From NCBI GenBank assembly GCA_036508755.1, contig DATCGV010000044.1, forward strand, positions 560 through 64,559: a stretch of 64,000 nt of DNA. The letters are read 5' to 3'. Each line of letters opens with the position of its first letter. The first letter of the stretch is position 1. Source of the stretch: Candidatus Limnocylindrales bacterium. GTDB lineage: Bacteria; Chloroflexota; Limnocylindria; Limnocylindrales; CSP1-4. The notes below the pieces were generated by a model that saw nothing but the letters and a program-made list of their open reading frames with translations, had not been told where the DNA came from and did no database searches. Of the stretch, positions 8,226 through 17,870 are shown piece after piece. A program made the translations under genes and the position numbers.

Positions 8226-9797
8226 ATGGCCGCCCGCAAAGACTCGACCGGTAGTCGCGAACCCTCGTCGGCGCTCGCTCGGCGCACATCGCCGGACGTC
8301 GGTCGGGGAACACAGTCGCCCAACAGCTGGGCACTTGGCGACGGCCAGCAGATCCCGTGGGAGTACGCGCCGGCGCCGGAGTCGCGCGATGTCGTCCAGC
8401 TCAAGTCGCGTTACGGGCTGTTCATCGGCGGCAAGGAGGTCGCACCGCGCAGCGGGCAGTGGTTCACGACGGTCGATCCATCGACGGAGGAGCCGCTCGC
8501 GGAGATCGCGCGCGCGAGCGTTGCGGACGTCGATCAGGCCGTCACCGTCGCCCGGCGCGCGTTCAAACGGGAGTGGGGCACGCTGCGCGGCAGCGAGCGC
8601 GCCAAGTACCTGTTCCGCATCGCGCGCATCCTCCAGGAACGCAGCCGTGAGTTTGCCGTGCTCGAGTCGCTCGACGGCGGCAAACCGATCAAGGAGTCGC
8701 GCGACGTGGACGTGCCGCTCGCCGCGGCACACTTCTGGTACTACGCGGGCTGGGCGGACAAGCTCGAGTACGCCTTCCCGAACCGCGATCCGCAGCCGCT
8801 CGGCGTCTGTGCGCAGGTCATCCCGTGGAACTTCCCGCTGCTCATGCTCGCCTGGAAGATCGCGCCGGCGCTCGCCGCTGGCAACACGGTCGTGCTCAAG
8901 CCGGCCAGCTCGACCCCGTTGAGCGCGCTCTTCTTCGCCGACGTGTGCCGCCAGGCAGACCTGCCGCCCGGTGTCGTCAACATCATCACCGGGCCGGGCG
9001 AGATAGGCCTCGCCCTCGTCAAGCATCCCGATGTCGACAAGGTCGCCTTCACCGGCTCGACGTCCGTGGGCAAGGAGATCGGCCGTGCAGTCGCGGGCAC
9101 CGACAAGGCGCTGACGCTCGAGCTGGGCGGCAAGGCGGCCAACATCGTCTTCGACGACGCGCCCATCGACCAGGCCATCGAGGGCGTGGTCAACGGCATC
9201 TTCTTCAACCAGGGCGAGGTGTGCTGCGCGGGAAGTCGCCTCTTCGTCCAGGAGTCGATCGCCGATTCGTTCGTCGAACGGCTGAAGGACCGACTGTCCA
9301 CCCTGCGCGTGGGCGACCCGCTGGACAAGAACACCGACGTCGGCGCGATCAACAACGCCGCCCAGCTGGCCAAGATCGAGGAGTTGGTGGAAGCGGGGAT
9401 CGCGGAGGGCGCCGACATGTACCAGCCGGCGTGCGAGCTCCCCGCGCGGGGATGGTTCTTCCGACCGACGCTGTTCACCAACGTCGCACAGTCGAGCCGC
9501 ATCGCCCAGGAAGAGATTTTCGGGCCGGTGCTGTCCGTCTTGACTTTCCGCACGCCGGCCGAAGCGCTCGAGAAAGCCAACAACACGGCGTACGGCCTTT
9601 CGGCCGGGGTCTGGACCGAAAAGGGCAGCCGCATCCTGGACATGGTCAGCAAGCTCCGCGCCGGCGTCGTCTGGGCGAATACGTTCAACCGCTTCGACCC
9701 GACCTCGCCGTTCGGTGGCTACAAGGAGTCGGGCTTCGGACGCGAGGGCGGGCTGCACGGCCTGCTGGCCTACCTGGATCTCGGAGCTGGTCACTGA
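8226..9797 (+). CDS. aldehyde dehydrogenase family protein (NAD(P)+ dependent)
   Basis: ELGGKAANIVFDDAP and catalytic FFNQGEVCCAGSRLFV (Cys) motifs; KPASSTPLSALF; probable ATG at 8226 (MAARKD...); the longer track ORF from 8052 would overlap the divergent methyltransferase. Confidence 0.8.
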   Translation: MAARKDSTGSREPSSALARRTSPDVGRGTQSPNSWALGDGQQIPWEYAPAPESRDVVQLKSRYGLFIGGKEVAPRSGQWFTTVDPSTEEPLAEIARASVADVDQAVTVARRAFKREWGTLRGSERAKYLFRIARILQERSREFAVLESLDGGKPIKESRDVDVPLAAAHFWYYAGWADKLEYAFPNRDPQPLGVCAQVIPWNFPLLMLAWKIAPALAAGNTVVLKPASSTPLSALFFADVCRQADLPPGVVNIITGPGEIGLALVKHPDVDKVAFTGSTSVGKEIGRAVAGTDKALTLELGGKAANIVFDDAPIDQAIEGVVNGIFFNQGEVCCAGSRLFVQESIADSFVERLKDRLSTLRVGDPLDKNTDVGAINNAAQLAKIEELVEAGIAEGADMYQPACELPARGWFFRPTLFTNVAQSSRIAQEEIFGPVLSVLTFRTPAEALEKANNTAYGLSAGVWTEKGSRILDMVSKLRAGVVWANTFNRFDPTSPFGGYKESGFGREGGLHGLLAYLDLGAGH

Positions 9798-10294
9798 TGT
9801 CTGATTCGCCGCGCCGCGCCTTCGTCTCGCGCCGGTCGGACGGCGAGCACCTGTGGTCGCTCGGCGGCCATTTCACGACGAAGCTGTCCGGGGAGCAGAG
9901 CGACGGTGGGTTCGCGCTGGTTGAAGCGATCGCGTTCCGTTCGACCGAGCCGCCCCTGCACATCCACACCCGCGAAGACGAGGCCTGGTACGTGCTCGAC
10001 GGCCAGATGACGCTCTACGTTGGTGATGAGTCGTTCGTCGTGCCGAGTGGAACGTTCGCCTTCGCGCCGCGCGGGCAGGCGCACGCGTTCACCGTCGACA
10101 TCGAACCGACCCGCGTGCTCGTGTTCGCGACACCGGCCGGGTTTGAGCATTTCGCCCAGGAGCTGGGCACTCCCGCAACGGGCGAGACGCCACCAGCCGA
10201 TCTGTCCGTACCGTCGCCCGACGAGCTCGGCCCGATCGGGGAGCGCTACGGCATCCAGGTCGTCGGGCCGCCGGTCAGGTTGCGCAATGGCTGA
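9797..10294 (+). CDS. cupin domain protein
   Basis: PLHIHTREDEAWYVLDGQM...APRGQAHAF two-motif cupin signature (G(X)5HXH(X)3,4E(X)6G ... PXGXXHXXXN-like); ATG overlaps the ALDH stop (TGATG). Confidence 0.65.
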   Translation: MSDSPRRAFVSRRSDGEHLWSLGGHFTTKLSGEQSDGGFALVEAIAFRSTEPPLHIHTREDEAWYVLDGQMTLYVGDESFVVPSGTFAFAPRGQAHAFTVDIEPTRVLVFATPAGFEHFAQELGTPATGETPPADLSVPSPDELGPIGERYGIQVVGPPVRLRNG

Positions 10295-11213
10295 GCGGCA
10301 CCCCAAGACGGTCATCGCAGATCCACTGGCACCGGCGCGCATCCCTGTGCGCAAGACGTACAAGCTGTACGTCGGCGGGCAATTCCCGCGCTCGGAGTCC
10401 GGGCGCAGCTACATCGTCCGTGCCGCAGACGGGACGCCGCTCGTCAACGCCGTGCGCTCGTCTCGGAAAGATGTGCGCGACGCGGTGCGCACGGCGCGCG
10501 GGGCCGTGGCGGGTTGGTCGGGCAAGACGGCGATGAACCGCGGCCAGGTCCTGTACCGCGTGGCTGAGCTGATGGAAGGGCGCCGCGCGCAGTTCGTCGA
10601 AGAGGTCACCGCGGCCGAAGGGCTGTCGCCTGCCGACGCCACCGCCCAGGTTGACCGAGCGATAGATCGCTGGGTCTGGTACGCCGGTTGGGCCGACAAG
10701 ATCAGCCAGGTGCTGGGAACGGTCAACCCCGTCGCCGCCCCGTACTTCAACTTCAGCATCCCGGAGCCGACCGGGGTCGTGGGTGTCGTCGCGCCAGAAT
10801 CGTCGTCACTTCTGGGACTCATCTCGCGCGTCGCGCCGGTCGTCGTCAGTGGCAACGCCGCGGTCGTGCTCGCGTCGGAGTCACGGCCACTGCCGGCCGT
10901 GACGCTGGGCGAAGTGCTCGCCACGTCGGACGTTCCTGCCGGCGTCATCAACATCTTGACCGGCCTGCGCAAAGAGCTCGTGCCCACCCTCGCGGCGCAC
11001 ATGGATGTCAACGCGATCGACACGTGGGGCGTGCCGCGCGACATGCGTGCGCAGGTCGAGACCAGTGCCATCGAGAACGTCAAACGCGTCACTCGCCCGC
11101 CGCGTGGCGTCGATGACCGCTACGACTGGCTGGATGACCGCCGCGCGCAGCGGCCGGAGTGGATCGCCGCGTACCTCGAGATCAAGACGGTCTGGCACCC
11201 CATAGGGATGTGA
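10287..11213 (+). CDS. aldehyde dehydrogenase-like protein truncated after the NAD-binding domain (catalytic domain absent)
   Basis: N-terminal ALDH fold (KLYVGGQF..., VVSGNAAVVLASE..., GVINILTG, ...KRVTRP aligned to ALDH ...KRVTLELGGK) but the ORF ends about 40 aa later with no catalytic Cys/Glu region; ATG at 10287 overlaps the cupin stop (ATGGCTGA). Confidence 0.55.
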   Translation: MAERHPKTVIADPLAPARIPVRKTYKLYVGGQFPRSESGRSYIVRAADGTPLVNAVRSSRKDVRDAVRTARGAVAGWSGKTAMNRGQVLYRVAELMEGRRAQFVEEVTAAEGLSPADATAQVDRAIDRWVWYAGWADKISQVLGTVNPVAAPYFNFSIPEPTGVVGVVAPESSSLLGLISRVAPVVVSGNAAVVLASESRPLPAVTLGEVLATSDVPAGVINILTGLRKELVPTLAAHMDVNAIDTWGVPRDMRAQVETSAIENVKRVTRPPRGVDDRYDWLDDRRAQRPEWIAAYLEIKTVWHPIGM

Positions 11214-11866
11214 CCAGAAGCCAAGATATTCGGCCTCGACGCTGGTATCAGAGGCCGTCGGGCACCACGCCCAGCGAGCGACGCTGGCTGGTCGCAACCG
11301 GCGCGGCCGCGCTCGCTCTTTTCGTGGCGCTCGCAGTCTGGGCACATGACGTTGTCACGCCGGCATGGGAGCTGGACCTCGTCAACTTCGCGCATCTACA
11401 GCCGAACCTGGCGGGAGACGTCCTGAATGGCATCAACACGCTGGGCAACCCGGTCAACTGGATCGTGCTGCTCGCCGTGCTGGCCATCGCGGTCGGCCTC
11501 CTGCGCGGGACTCGGGCCGGCGTGTTCGTCGGCGCCACCTATGCGGTTGACTTCGTGGCCACGCTGACCAAGTACTACGTCCAGCGCGGCCGACCCGACA
11601 CGGAGGCGACTCATGCGCTCTTCGGCGTCGATAGCTACGGATTCCCGAGCGGGCATACGGCGCGCGCGGCGGCGCTCGCAGGAGCTCTGGTCTGGATCTT
11701 CGTACCGGCGCGCTGGCGGCTGCCATTGGCGATCGTCAGCGCCCTTGTCGGCGGCCTGATGATGGGCTACGCGCGCGTCGCGTTCGGCGTTCACTTCCCG
11801 ACTGACACGCTTGGCGGACTGCTGCTGGGCATTTGCTGGTTCGCCCTCAGCGCAGCGCTCGTCTGA
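11159..11866 (+). CDS. PAP2 family phosphatase (membrane)
   Basis: Three PAP2 motifs: KYYVQRGRPD (KX6RP), PSGHTARAAA (PSGH), YARVAFGVHFPTD (SRX5HX3D-like); start uncertain (55-nt overlap with the upstream gene if 11159). Confidence 0.7.
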   Translation: MDRRVPRDQDGLAPHRDVTRSQDIRPRRWYQRPSGTTPSERRWLVATGAAALALFVALAVWAHDVVTPAWELDLVNFAHLQPNLAGDVLNGINTLGNPVNWIVLLAVLAIAVGLLRGTRAGVFVGATYAVDFVATLTKYYVQRGRPDTEATHALFGVDSYGFPSGHTARAAALAGALVWIFVPARWRLPLAIVSALVGGLMMGYARVAFGVHFPTDTLGGLLLGICWFALSAALV

Positions 11867-11890
11867 TGAGCCGGGTCTAGACTGGCGCGC

Positions 11891-12538
11891 GTGACCCACG
11901 CTGCCGCGGTGCTGCGCCGCGCGCTTCTGCCCGCGTTCCTGATGGCCGTCGCTTTTGCGCTCGGCCACCAGATCACCTACGTCGTGGAATACGGCTCGAA
12001 CGCGGGCAGCGCGCTTGCGCGATCCGGCCACGACCTCGACTGGACGCTCGCCGTCGCGTCGATCGCCCTGCTCTCGGTCGCGCTGGTGGGGCTTGCCGTG
12101 CGCGAGCTGCGTCGCCTGTCGCGCCAGGCTCGCGGCGTGGCAGACGCCCGCAGTCGGGGCTCGCCGCTCACGGCGCTCGTCGCTGACACTGTCCCGCTCG
12201 CGCTGGCCGTCCTCGTCGTCTCGGTGGTCAGCTTCGTCGTTGTCGAGAACCTGGAATACGCAGCCGCCGGACTTGCCTCGCCCGGCTTGACCCTGGTCTT
12301 CTCTGCCGAGCACCAGGCAACGCTCATCATCTTCGAGCTCGTCTCGCTCGCGGTCGCCCTTGTTGCCGCGCTGTATCGCTGGCGACGCGACATCCTCGTC
12401 GAGTTGATCGAGCTGGCGCAGGGGTTGCGGATGCACGGCAGACCGCTCCTCGGGTCGCGGCCGATCGAGCTGACGCTGCCAGCCAGCTCCATCGTCCGCG
12501 CCCGTCCACCCGGCAGGGCCCCGCCTCTTCCAGCCTGA
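11891..12538 (+). CDS. hypothetical membrane protein
   Basis: Multiple hydrophobic helices (AFLMAVAFALGH..., LAVASIALLSVALVGLAV..., VPLALAVLVVSVVSFVVV...); same strand as neighbours; no recognisable family. Confidence 0.4.
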   Translation: MTHAAAVLRRALLPAFLMAVAFALGHQITYVVEYGSNAGSALARSGHDLDWTLAVASIALLSVALVGLAVRELRRLSRQARGVADARSRGSPLTALVADTVPLALAVLVVSVVSFVVVENLEYAAAGLASPGLTLVFSAEHQATLIIFELVSLAVALVAALYRWRRDILVELIELAQGLRMHGRPLLGSRPIELTLPASSIVRARPPGRAPPLPA

Positions 12539-12614
12539 TCGACGCCGCGGCCATTTGCGGCCGCGCCGAGCAGCACCGCCGGCTGCGGCGGCAAGAAGAG
12601 GAAACAAGACCCTC

Positions 12615-13256
12615 ATGCGACTGACCAAAAGACTTGGCGCGTCCCTCGCGCTTGCGACGGCTCTCAGCCTGATCGCCGCCGTCACGGCGCTCGGCCACGT
12701 CCATTTCCAGGCCGGGACCTACAACATCGCCCTTGGCTGGGCAAACGAGCCGACGTACGCCGGAGAGCTGAACGCCGTCCAGGTGCTCGTATCGGACGGG
12801 ACCGGCAACCCGGTCACGGACCTTGGGCCGAATGACCTCCAGGTCATCGTCTCGGTCGCCGGCCAGGTGTCGCAGCCGCTCCCCTTCGCACCGGCTTTTG
12901 ATCAGGCCGAGGGCGTTGGCACGCCGGGCGACTACCGCGCCGCGATTATCCCGACCCTGCCGGGCGACTACACGTTCCACCTGACGGGGACAGTCCACGG
13001 ACAGGCGGTCGACGAGACGGCTACCTCCAGCGACTCGACCTTCGAATCGGTCCAGGGGGCGAGCGCGATCCAGTTCCCCAACCAGGCGCCGTCGGGCGCT
13101 GAGCTCGCGACGCGTATCCAGAGCGTTGATGCGCGGGTTACGTCGGCGCAATCGAGCGCGATGCTCGTCGGCGGCGCGATCGGCGTCGTTGGCATCGTCA
13201 TCGCGCTGTTCGCACTCTTCGTCGCGCTCCGCGCGCGGCGGTTCAGGGTCGTGTAG
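12615..13256 (+). CDS. YcnI-like (DUF1775) secreted copper-binding protein with C-terminal membrane anchor
   Basis: Signal peptide ending ...AVTALG followed by His (HVHFQAG...), consistent with an N-terminal His after cleavage as in YcnI/CopC; C-terminal TM (LVGGAIGVVGIVIALFALFVAL); immediately upstream of the CopC-CopD fusion as in the B. subtilis ycnI-ycnJ arrangement. Confidence 0.55.
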   Translation: MRLTKRLGASLALATALSLIAAVTALGHVHFQAGTYNIALGWANEPTYAGELNAVQVLVSDGTGNPVTDLGPNDLQVIVSVAGQVSQPLPFAPAFDQAEGVGTPGDYRAAIIPTLPGDYTFHLTGTVHGQAVDETATSSDSTFESVQGASAIQFPNQAPSGAELATRIQSVDARVTSAQSSAMLVGGAIGVVGIVIALFALFVALRARRFRVV

Positions 13257-13262
13257 CGATCC

Positions 13263-15245
13263 GTGTTGATCCGCTGGGGCCGATTCGCGCTGCCGGCAGT
13301 GTTCGTGGCGAGCGCCCTGCTCGCCACGGCCGGGCCGGTGCTCGGCCATGCCCTGCTCAAGTCGTCGCAGCCGGCGCCCGGTGGCTCGCTCGCGGCCTCG
13401 CCGGCAGCCGTAACCATCACGTTCACGGAGGCGCCCGACCTGCGCCTGTCGACGATCAGCGTCGTCGACTCGACCGGCAGCGCCATCCAGACCGGCCCGC
13501 TGACCGGCTCGCCGACGGACCCGACCACGCTCAGCGTCACGCTGCCGACACTCGCCAACGGCGTCTACACGGTCACCTGGCGGACGGTGTCGTCGGTCGA
13601 CGGGCACCTGGCCACCGGCTCCTTTGCTTTCGGCGTCGGTGTCGCGCCACCGGCTCAGCCCGTGACTGCGTCCGCGTCGGGCTCAGCGCAGCTCTCGGCG
13701 CTGGGCATCGCGGGCAGGTGGCTGACCTACGCCGGATTGCTCGTTCTCGTCGGTGCCTGCTGGATGCTCTGGCAGACGACGATCAGGAGCACCGTCGCCG
13801 GGGAGCGAGAGGCGCGGGCGCTGCGCACGCTGCTGCTGATCGCGGCGGGCGCTGCCGCCGCCGGCACGCTGATCGTGCTCTTCGACCAGCTTTCGACCGC
13901 CGGCGTCGCGTTACCGGACGTGGTCGGCACATCCCTGGGCAATGCCGTGGCACTGCGCGGCGTGACCGTCTGTATCGCGCTCGTGGGCGCGCTCATCGTC
14001 CGCTGGCGAGCTGGGCGCGTCGGCTTGCTGGTCGCGGTGCTCGGCGTGCTCGCGTCGATGGCCGTCGACGTCGGTTTCAGCCACGCCGGAGCGGGCAGCC
14101 AGCCGCTGCTCGACAGTGGCGTCCAGTGGCTGCATCTCGTCGCCGCGGGTGCGTGGCTCGGCGGACTCACCGCGCTGCTGGTCTGGCTGCACTATCGAGC
14201 GCCCGATGAACGTGCGGCGGACATCGCGCGACGCTTCTCGCTCGTTGCGACGGTCTCGATCGCGCTTCTTGTCATCACCGGCGTGGTTCGCGCGATCGAA
14301 GAGATCGGCACGCTCGACGCGCTCTTCGGAACGCTCTTCGGCTGGCTGATCATTGGCAAGAGCGCGCTGCTGTCCGTGCTCGCCGCGCTCGGCGCACTGA
14401 ACCATTTCCGGCACGTGCCGCGCGGCGTCGGCGGCATTGGCCCGCTCAGGAAGGTGGGCCGCGTCGAGATCGGCGTCGCGGCCGTGGTCGTGCTGCTGAC
14501 GGCCACGCTGGTCAACGTCGCGCCGCCAGCGGAGACGGCAACCGCGACCACACCGCAACAGGTGACTGTCTCGGGCAGCGACTTCGGCACGACCGTGCGC
14601 GTGGCGCTGAAGGTCACGCCGGGGACGGCCGGAATAAACACGTTCGTTGCCGACGTGCGCGACTACAACTCCGGGGCCGGCGCGGGTGCCACGGCGGTAA
14701 CGCTGCGCTTCGCGCTGCCGGCCGAGCCGCAGGTCGCGCAATCACGTCTCGATCTCACCAACCAGCCTGATGGAACCTTCTCTGCCACGGGCACGAACCT
14801 GTCGATCGACGGCACGTGGCGCGTGACCGCCGTGGTGACGACCGCGAGCAACGTCGTCGAGGTGCCGCTCGAGGTCACAACACGCATCGTCCGCCAGCAG
14901 GTCGATGTCAACCGCCAACCGGGACTGCCCACGATCTACATCGTCCACCTCGACGCAGGCGGCACCGTGCAGATGTACCTTGACCCCGGCACGCCTGGGC
15001 CAAATGAGCTGCACGCCACGTTCTTCGATGTGCAAGGGAATGAGCTGCCGGTGACCAGCGCGACGATGTCGATCGGACCCGAAGGCCAAGCGGCCACGCC
15101 GCTCACTCCACGCATCCTCGAGCCGGGCCACTTCGTTTCCGATACCAACCTTCAGTCGGGCACTTACCTCGCGACCGTGATCGGCACCTCGCCGAGCGGG
15201 AGCGGATCGCTCGTTGCCCACACAGATATGGATGTGAGCCAATGA
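13263..15245 (+). CDS. copper resistance CopC-CopD fusion protein (YcnJ-like) with C-terminal YtkA-like domain
   Basis: N-terminal CopC domain (signal peptide, then HALLKSSQPAPGG...AVTITFTEAP), multi-TM CopD domain (residues about 150-420), C-terminal extracytoplasmic domain; GTG at 13263. Confidence 0.75.
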   Translation: MLIRWGRFALPAVFVASALLATAGPVLGHALLKSSQPAPGGSLAASPAAVTITFTEAPDLRLSTISVVDSTGSAIQTGPLTGSPTDPTTLSVTLPTLANGVYTVTWRTVSSVDGHLATGSFAFGVGVAPPAQPVTASASGSAQLSALGIAGRWLTYAGLLVLVGACWMLWQTTIRSTVAGEREARALRTLLLIAAGAAAAGTLIVLFDQLSTAGVALPDVVGTSLGNAVALRGVTVCIALVGALIVRWRAGRVGLLVAVLGVLASMAVDVGFSHAGAGSQPLLDSGVQWLHLVAAGAWLGGLTALLVWLHYRAPDERAADIARRFSLVATVSIALLVITGVVRAIEEIGTLDALFGTLFGWLIIGKSALLSVLAALGALNHFRHVPRGVGGIGPLRKVGRVEIGVAAVVVLLTATLVNVAPPAETATATTPQQVTVSGSDFGTTVRVALKVTPGTAGINTFVADVRDYNSGAGAGATAVTLRFALPAEPQVAQSRLDLTNQPDGTFSATGTNLSIDGTWRVTAVVTTASNVVEVPLEVTTRIVRQQVDVNRQPGLPTIYIVHLDAGGTVQMYLDPGTPGPNELHATFFDVQGNELPVTSATMSIGPEGQAATPLTPRILEPGHFVSDTNLQSGTYLATVIGTSPSGSGSLVAHTDMDVSQ

Positions 15246-15706
15246 AACCGTTGCTATCTGTCGCACTCGCGCTGGTCGTCCTTGCCTGCAGCCGGGCAGG
15301 CGCGTCGTCGCCGCCCGCGAGCGCGCCTGCGAGCGCACCGGCGAGCGTGCCGGCGAGCGGGCCCGCATCCGCGTCGGAGTCCTTCGGTCCGCGCCCTTCG
15401 TCGCCGGCGACGCTGACCATCACCCAACCGGCGGACGGCGCCACGGTCAGCGGCACGACCGTCCATGTCAGCCTGAATCTCGAGAATGCCACGATCACGA
15501 GCCTGACGACCGCGTCTATCCGCCCCGACCAGGGGCACATCCACCTCTATTTCGATGGTGTCCTGACGACGATGAACTACTCGACCGAGCAGGATCTGCC
15601 GGTGACGCCCGGGACCTACTCGCTCAAGGCAGAGTTCGTCGCCGCCGACCACGCGCCGTTCTCGCCGCGCGTCTGGTCGAACCAGGTCGTGTTCACGGTC
15701 AAGTAA
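15242..15706 (+). CDS. lipoprotein, possible metal-binding (GHIHLYFDG motif; DUF4399-like)
   Basis: Lipobox VVLACS; Pro/Ala/Ser-rich linker; C-terminal beta-rich domain with conserved His pair; ATGA overlap with the CopCD stop. Confidence 0.5.
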   Translation: MKPLLSVALALVVLACSRAGASSPPASAPASAPASVPASGPASASESFGPRPSSPATLTITQPADGATVSGTTVHVSLNLENATITSLTTASIRPDQGHIHLYFDGVLTTMNYSTEQDLPVTPGTYSLKAEFVAADHAPFSPRVWSNQVVFTVK

Positions 15707-15715
15707 CGAACGGGC

Positions 15716-16516
15716 GTGGGGAACCTGGTGTGCGCTCGTTGGACACGACTGGCACGTGTGCTGCCGGCGCTTGCGCTGGTCGTGGTCGGCCTGGCCGCTC
15801 TCGGCGTCGTCCAGCTCGCCGGGCCGGCGCGGCGCCTGCCGCTGTACGACGGTGTGGTCGTCGAGGACCCATATCGCTACGCCGCGCCCTCGCCGGGTCA
15901 AGCGGGCACGCCCGGGACGGGCGAGAGTGTCGTCCAGGTTTCCGGCACGGGCAGCCCGTCGGTCGTCCTTTCGACGGGCGAGAATCCGCCTCAGGCGCAG
16001 CTCATCGCGCCCGGTGGAGCTTTCGCGGTCGCGGCGGGCGCGACCAGCCTGACGGGCACGCTCACGCCGCTGGCACCGACTGCCGCGCAGGCGCAAGCTG
16101 GCGCGGTTGGCAATGTCTACCGAATGACGGTTACCGACCAGAACGGCCAGCAGGTTGCGCTGGCGAGCGGGGCACAGGCCACGGTCATTCTTCGCGCACC
16201 CAACCAGCACGCTCAGGTCGCGGTCGGGCGCTGGGACGGCACGTCGTTCACGAACCTGACCACGACCACGGGCAACCAGGCAGACCTGCTCCGGACGCAG
16301 GCCGACAGGCTGGGCGACTTCGCGCTCGTGCCCGGTTCATCGACCGGTCCCGGCCCCGGCCTCCTCCTGCTGGCCGGCGCACTCCTGCTCGGGCTTGCGG
16401 TCCTGGCCGCTGTGATCATATTCAGGCGGCGCTCAGTTGCGACTGCGCCGGCCGCGCCGCGTGGCGCGCCGTCCGCGGCACGGACGAACAAGGCGCGCAA
16501 GCGCGGACGTCGATGA
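15716..16516 (+). CDS. membrane-anchored secreted hypothetical protein (N-terminal signal/TM and C-terminal TM with RRR tail)
   Basis: Hydrophobic N-terminus LPALALVVVGLAALGVV; C-terminal LLLLAGALLLGLAVLAAVIIFRRR; no family recognised. Confidence 0.4.
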   Translation: MGNLVCARWTRLARVLPALALVVVGLAALGVVQLAGPARRLPLYDGVVVEDPYRYAAPSPGQAGTPGTGESVVQVSGTGSPSVVLSTGENPPQAQLIAPGGAFAVAAGATSLTGTLTPLAPTAAQAQAGAVGNVYRMTVTDQNGQQVALASGAQATVILRAPNQHAQVAVGRWDGTSFTNLTTTTGNQADLLRTQADRLGDFALVPGSSTGPGPGLLLLAGALLLGLAVLAAVIIFRRRSVATAPAAPRGAPSAARTNKARKRGRR

Positions 16517-16517
16517 G

Positions 16518-17870
16518 ATGCTGGCCTTGATGATGCGCGCCAACGCTCGCCTCGCCGCCGTGCTGATGCTCGTGGTGCTCGTCGCGATGCTCGCCGGCGG
16601 CTGCACCGGCAGTTCGCCGATCGTCCTCGGCGCGGCCTTCCCGACATCCGGCAACGCCGCCGACCTCGCCAGCCAGGAGCTGGCCGGTGTGCAGATCGCG
16701 CTCGACATGGTCAACGCGGCCGGGGGCGTCAACGGCCGGCCGATCCAGCTGGTCGTCAAGGATCTCGAGAGCGACGCCGACGCGCCGACGGTGATGGCCC
16801 AGCTCAAACAGGCCGGCGCCAGTGTGGTCGTCGGCGCCTACTCGTCGGCGTTGTCTATCTCCGCGTCGAGCGCCGCGGCCGACGACGGCCTCGTCTACTG
16901 GGAGGCGGGCGCGGTCGCCGATCAGCTCACCGGCCGCGGCCTGCCGCTCGTCTTCCGAGTCGGCGCAAGCGGCTCGAACCTGGGCTCGAACTCGGCGACG
17001 TTCGCCGCGACGCAGCTCGCGCCGCGCCTGGGCAAGCCCGTGAGCCAGCTGCGTGTCGCGATCGTCGCCGCGCGCGACGACTACGCCTCGTCCGTGGCGG
17101 GCGCGGCGCGCTCGACGGCCCAGGCGGCCGGGATGCCAATAGTCGCCGACGAAACCTACGACCTGAACACGCCGGACTGGAGCCCCGTGATGGCCGACCT
17201 CGCCGCGGCACAGCCGGACGTGATCATGCTTGCCTCGCACATCCCCGACGGCGTCGCGTTCCGCCAGGCAATGCTCGCCGCCGGTGTGCACGCTGGCGCG
17301 CTGATAGGGACGACGATGGCCGAATGTGACCCCGACTTCGCCGGCGACCTCGGTCCCGACGCAGTGGGAGTCTTCGCCTCCGATCGGCCGACTGGCGGTT
17401 TCCAGCCCTCTGCGCTCAGTGCAGACGCGCGCTCTGTCTACGAGAAGTTTGCGGCCGAGTGGACGTCGCGCGGACTGGCGACGAACACGGCCGAGAACTC
17501 CGGCGCGGGCAGCGACGAGTACTCGATCACCGGCCCGAACCCGGCCGGCGGCGGCAACCAGCCGACCGAGGAGGGCATCTCTGGCTTCTCGGCGGCGTGG
17601 GCGCTGTTCCACTACGTGTTGCCGGCCGCGGCGTCGTCGGCCGAGCTCACGCCACAGTCGATCGCCGCCGCGGCCCGCGCGCTCGATCTGCCCGCAGGCT
17701 CGCTGCCTAACGGCGCGGGCGTTCAGTTCTCGTCGGACCCACAGACGCTCGGCCAGAACGAGCGCGCGGTGGGCGTCATCTGGCAGTGGCAGGCCGTGCG
17801 GACCTACACCTTCGTCTGGCCACCGACCTACGCCACGGGCTCCATCGCCTTCGTTCCGCTCGCGCGATGA
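16518..17870 (+). CDS. ABC transporter substrate-binding lipoprotein, branched-chain amino acid (LivK/Peripla_BP_6) type
   Basis: Lipobox LAGGCTG; GAAFPTSGNAADLASQELAGVQIALDMVNAAGGVNGRPIQLVVKD typical of Leu/Ile/Val-binding family; ATG at 16518 verified; no cognate permease or ATPase adjacent. Confidence 0.7.
   Translation: MLALMMRANARLAAVLMLVVLVAMLAGGCTGSSPIVLGAAFPTSGNAADLASQELAGVQIALDMVNAAGGVNGRPIQLVVKDLESDADAPTVMAQLKQAGASVVVGAYSSALSISASSAAADDGLVYWEAGAVADQLTGRGLPLVFRVGASGSNLGSNSATFAATQLAPRLGKPVSQLRVAIVAARDDYASSVAGAARSTAQAAGMPIVADETYDLNTPDWSPVMADLAAAQPDVIMLASHIPDGVAFRQAMLAAGVHAGALIGTTMAECDPDFAGDLGPDAVGVFASDRPTGGFQPSALSADARSVYEKFAAEWTSRGLATNTAENSGAGSDEYSITGPNPAGGGNQPTEEGISGFSAAWALFHYVLPAAASSAELTPQSIAAAARALDLPAGSLPNGAGVQFSSDPQTLGQNERAVGVIWQWQAVRTYTFVWPPTYATGSIAFVPLAR

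Noticed and set aside
8178-9794. 538-aa minus-strand ORF
   Set aside because: Antisense to the aldehyde dehydrogenase gene; Arg/Asp/Glu-rich low-complexity translation with no motifs
11396-12685. 429-aa minus-strand ORF
   Set aside because: Antisense to the PAP2 and membrane-protein genes; extremely R/D/E-rich
13911-14741. 276-aa minus-strand ORF
   Set aside because: Antisense to the CopC-CopD fusion gene
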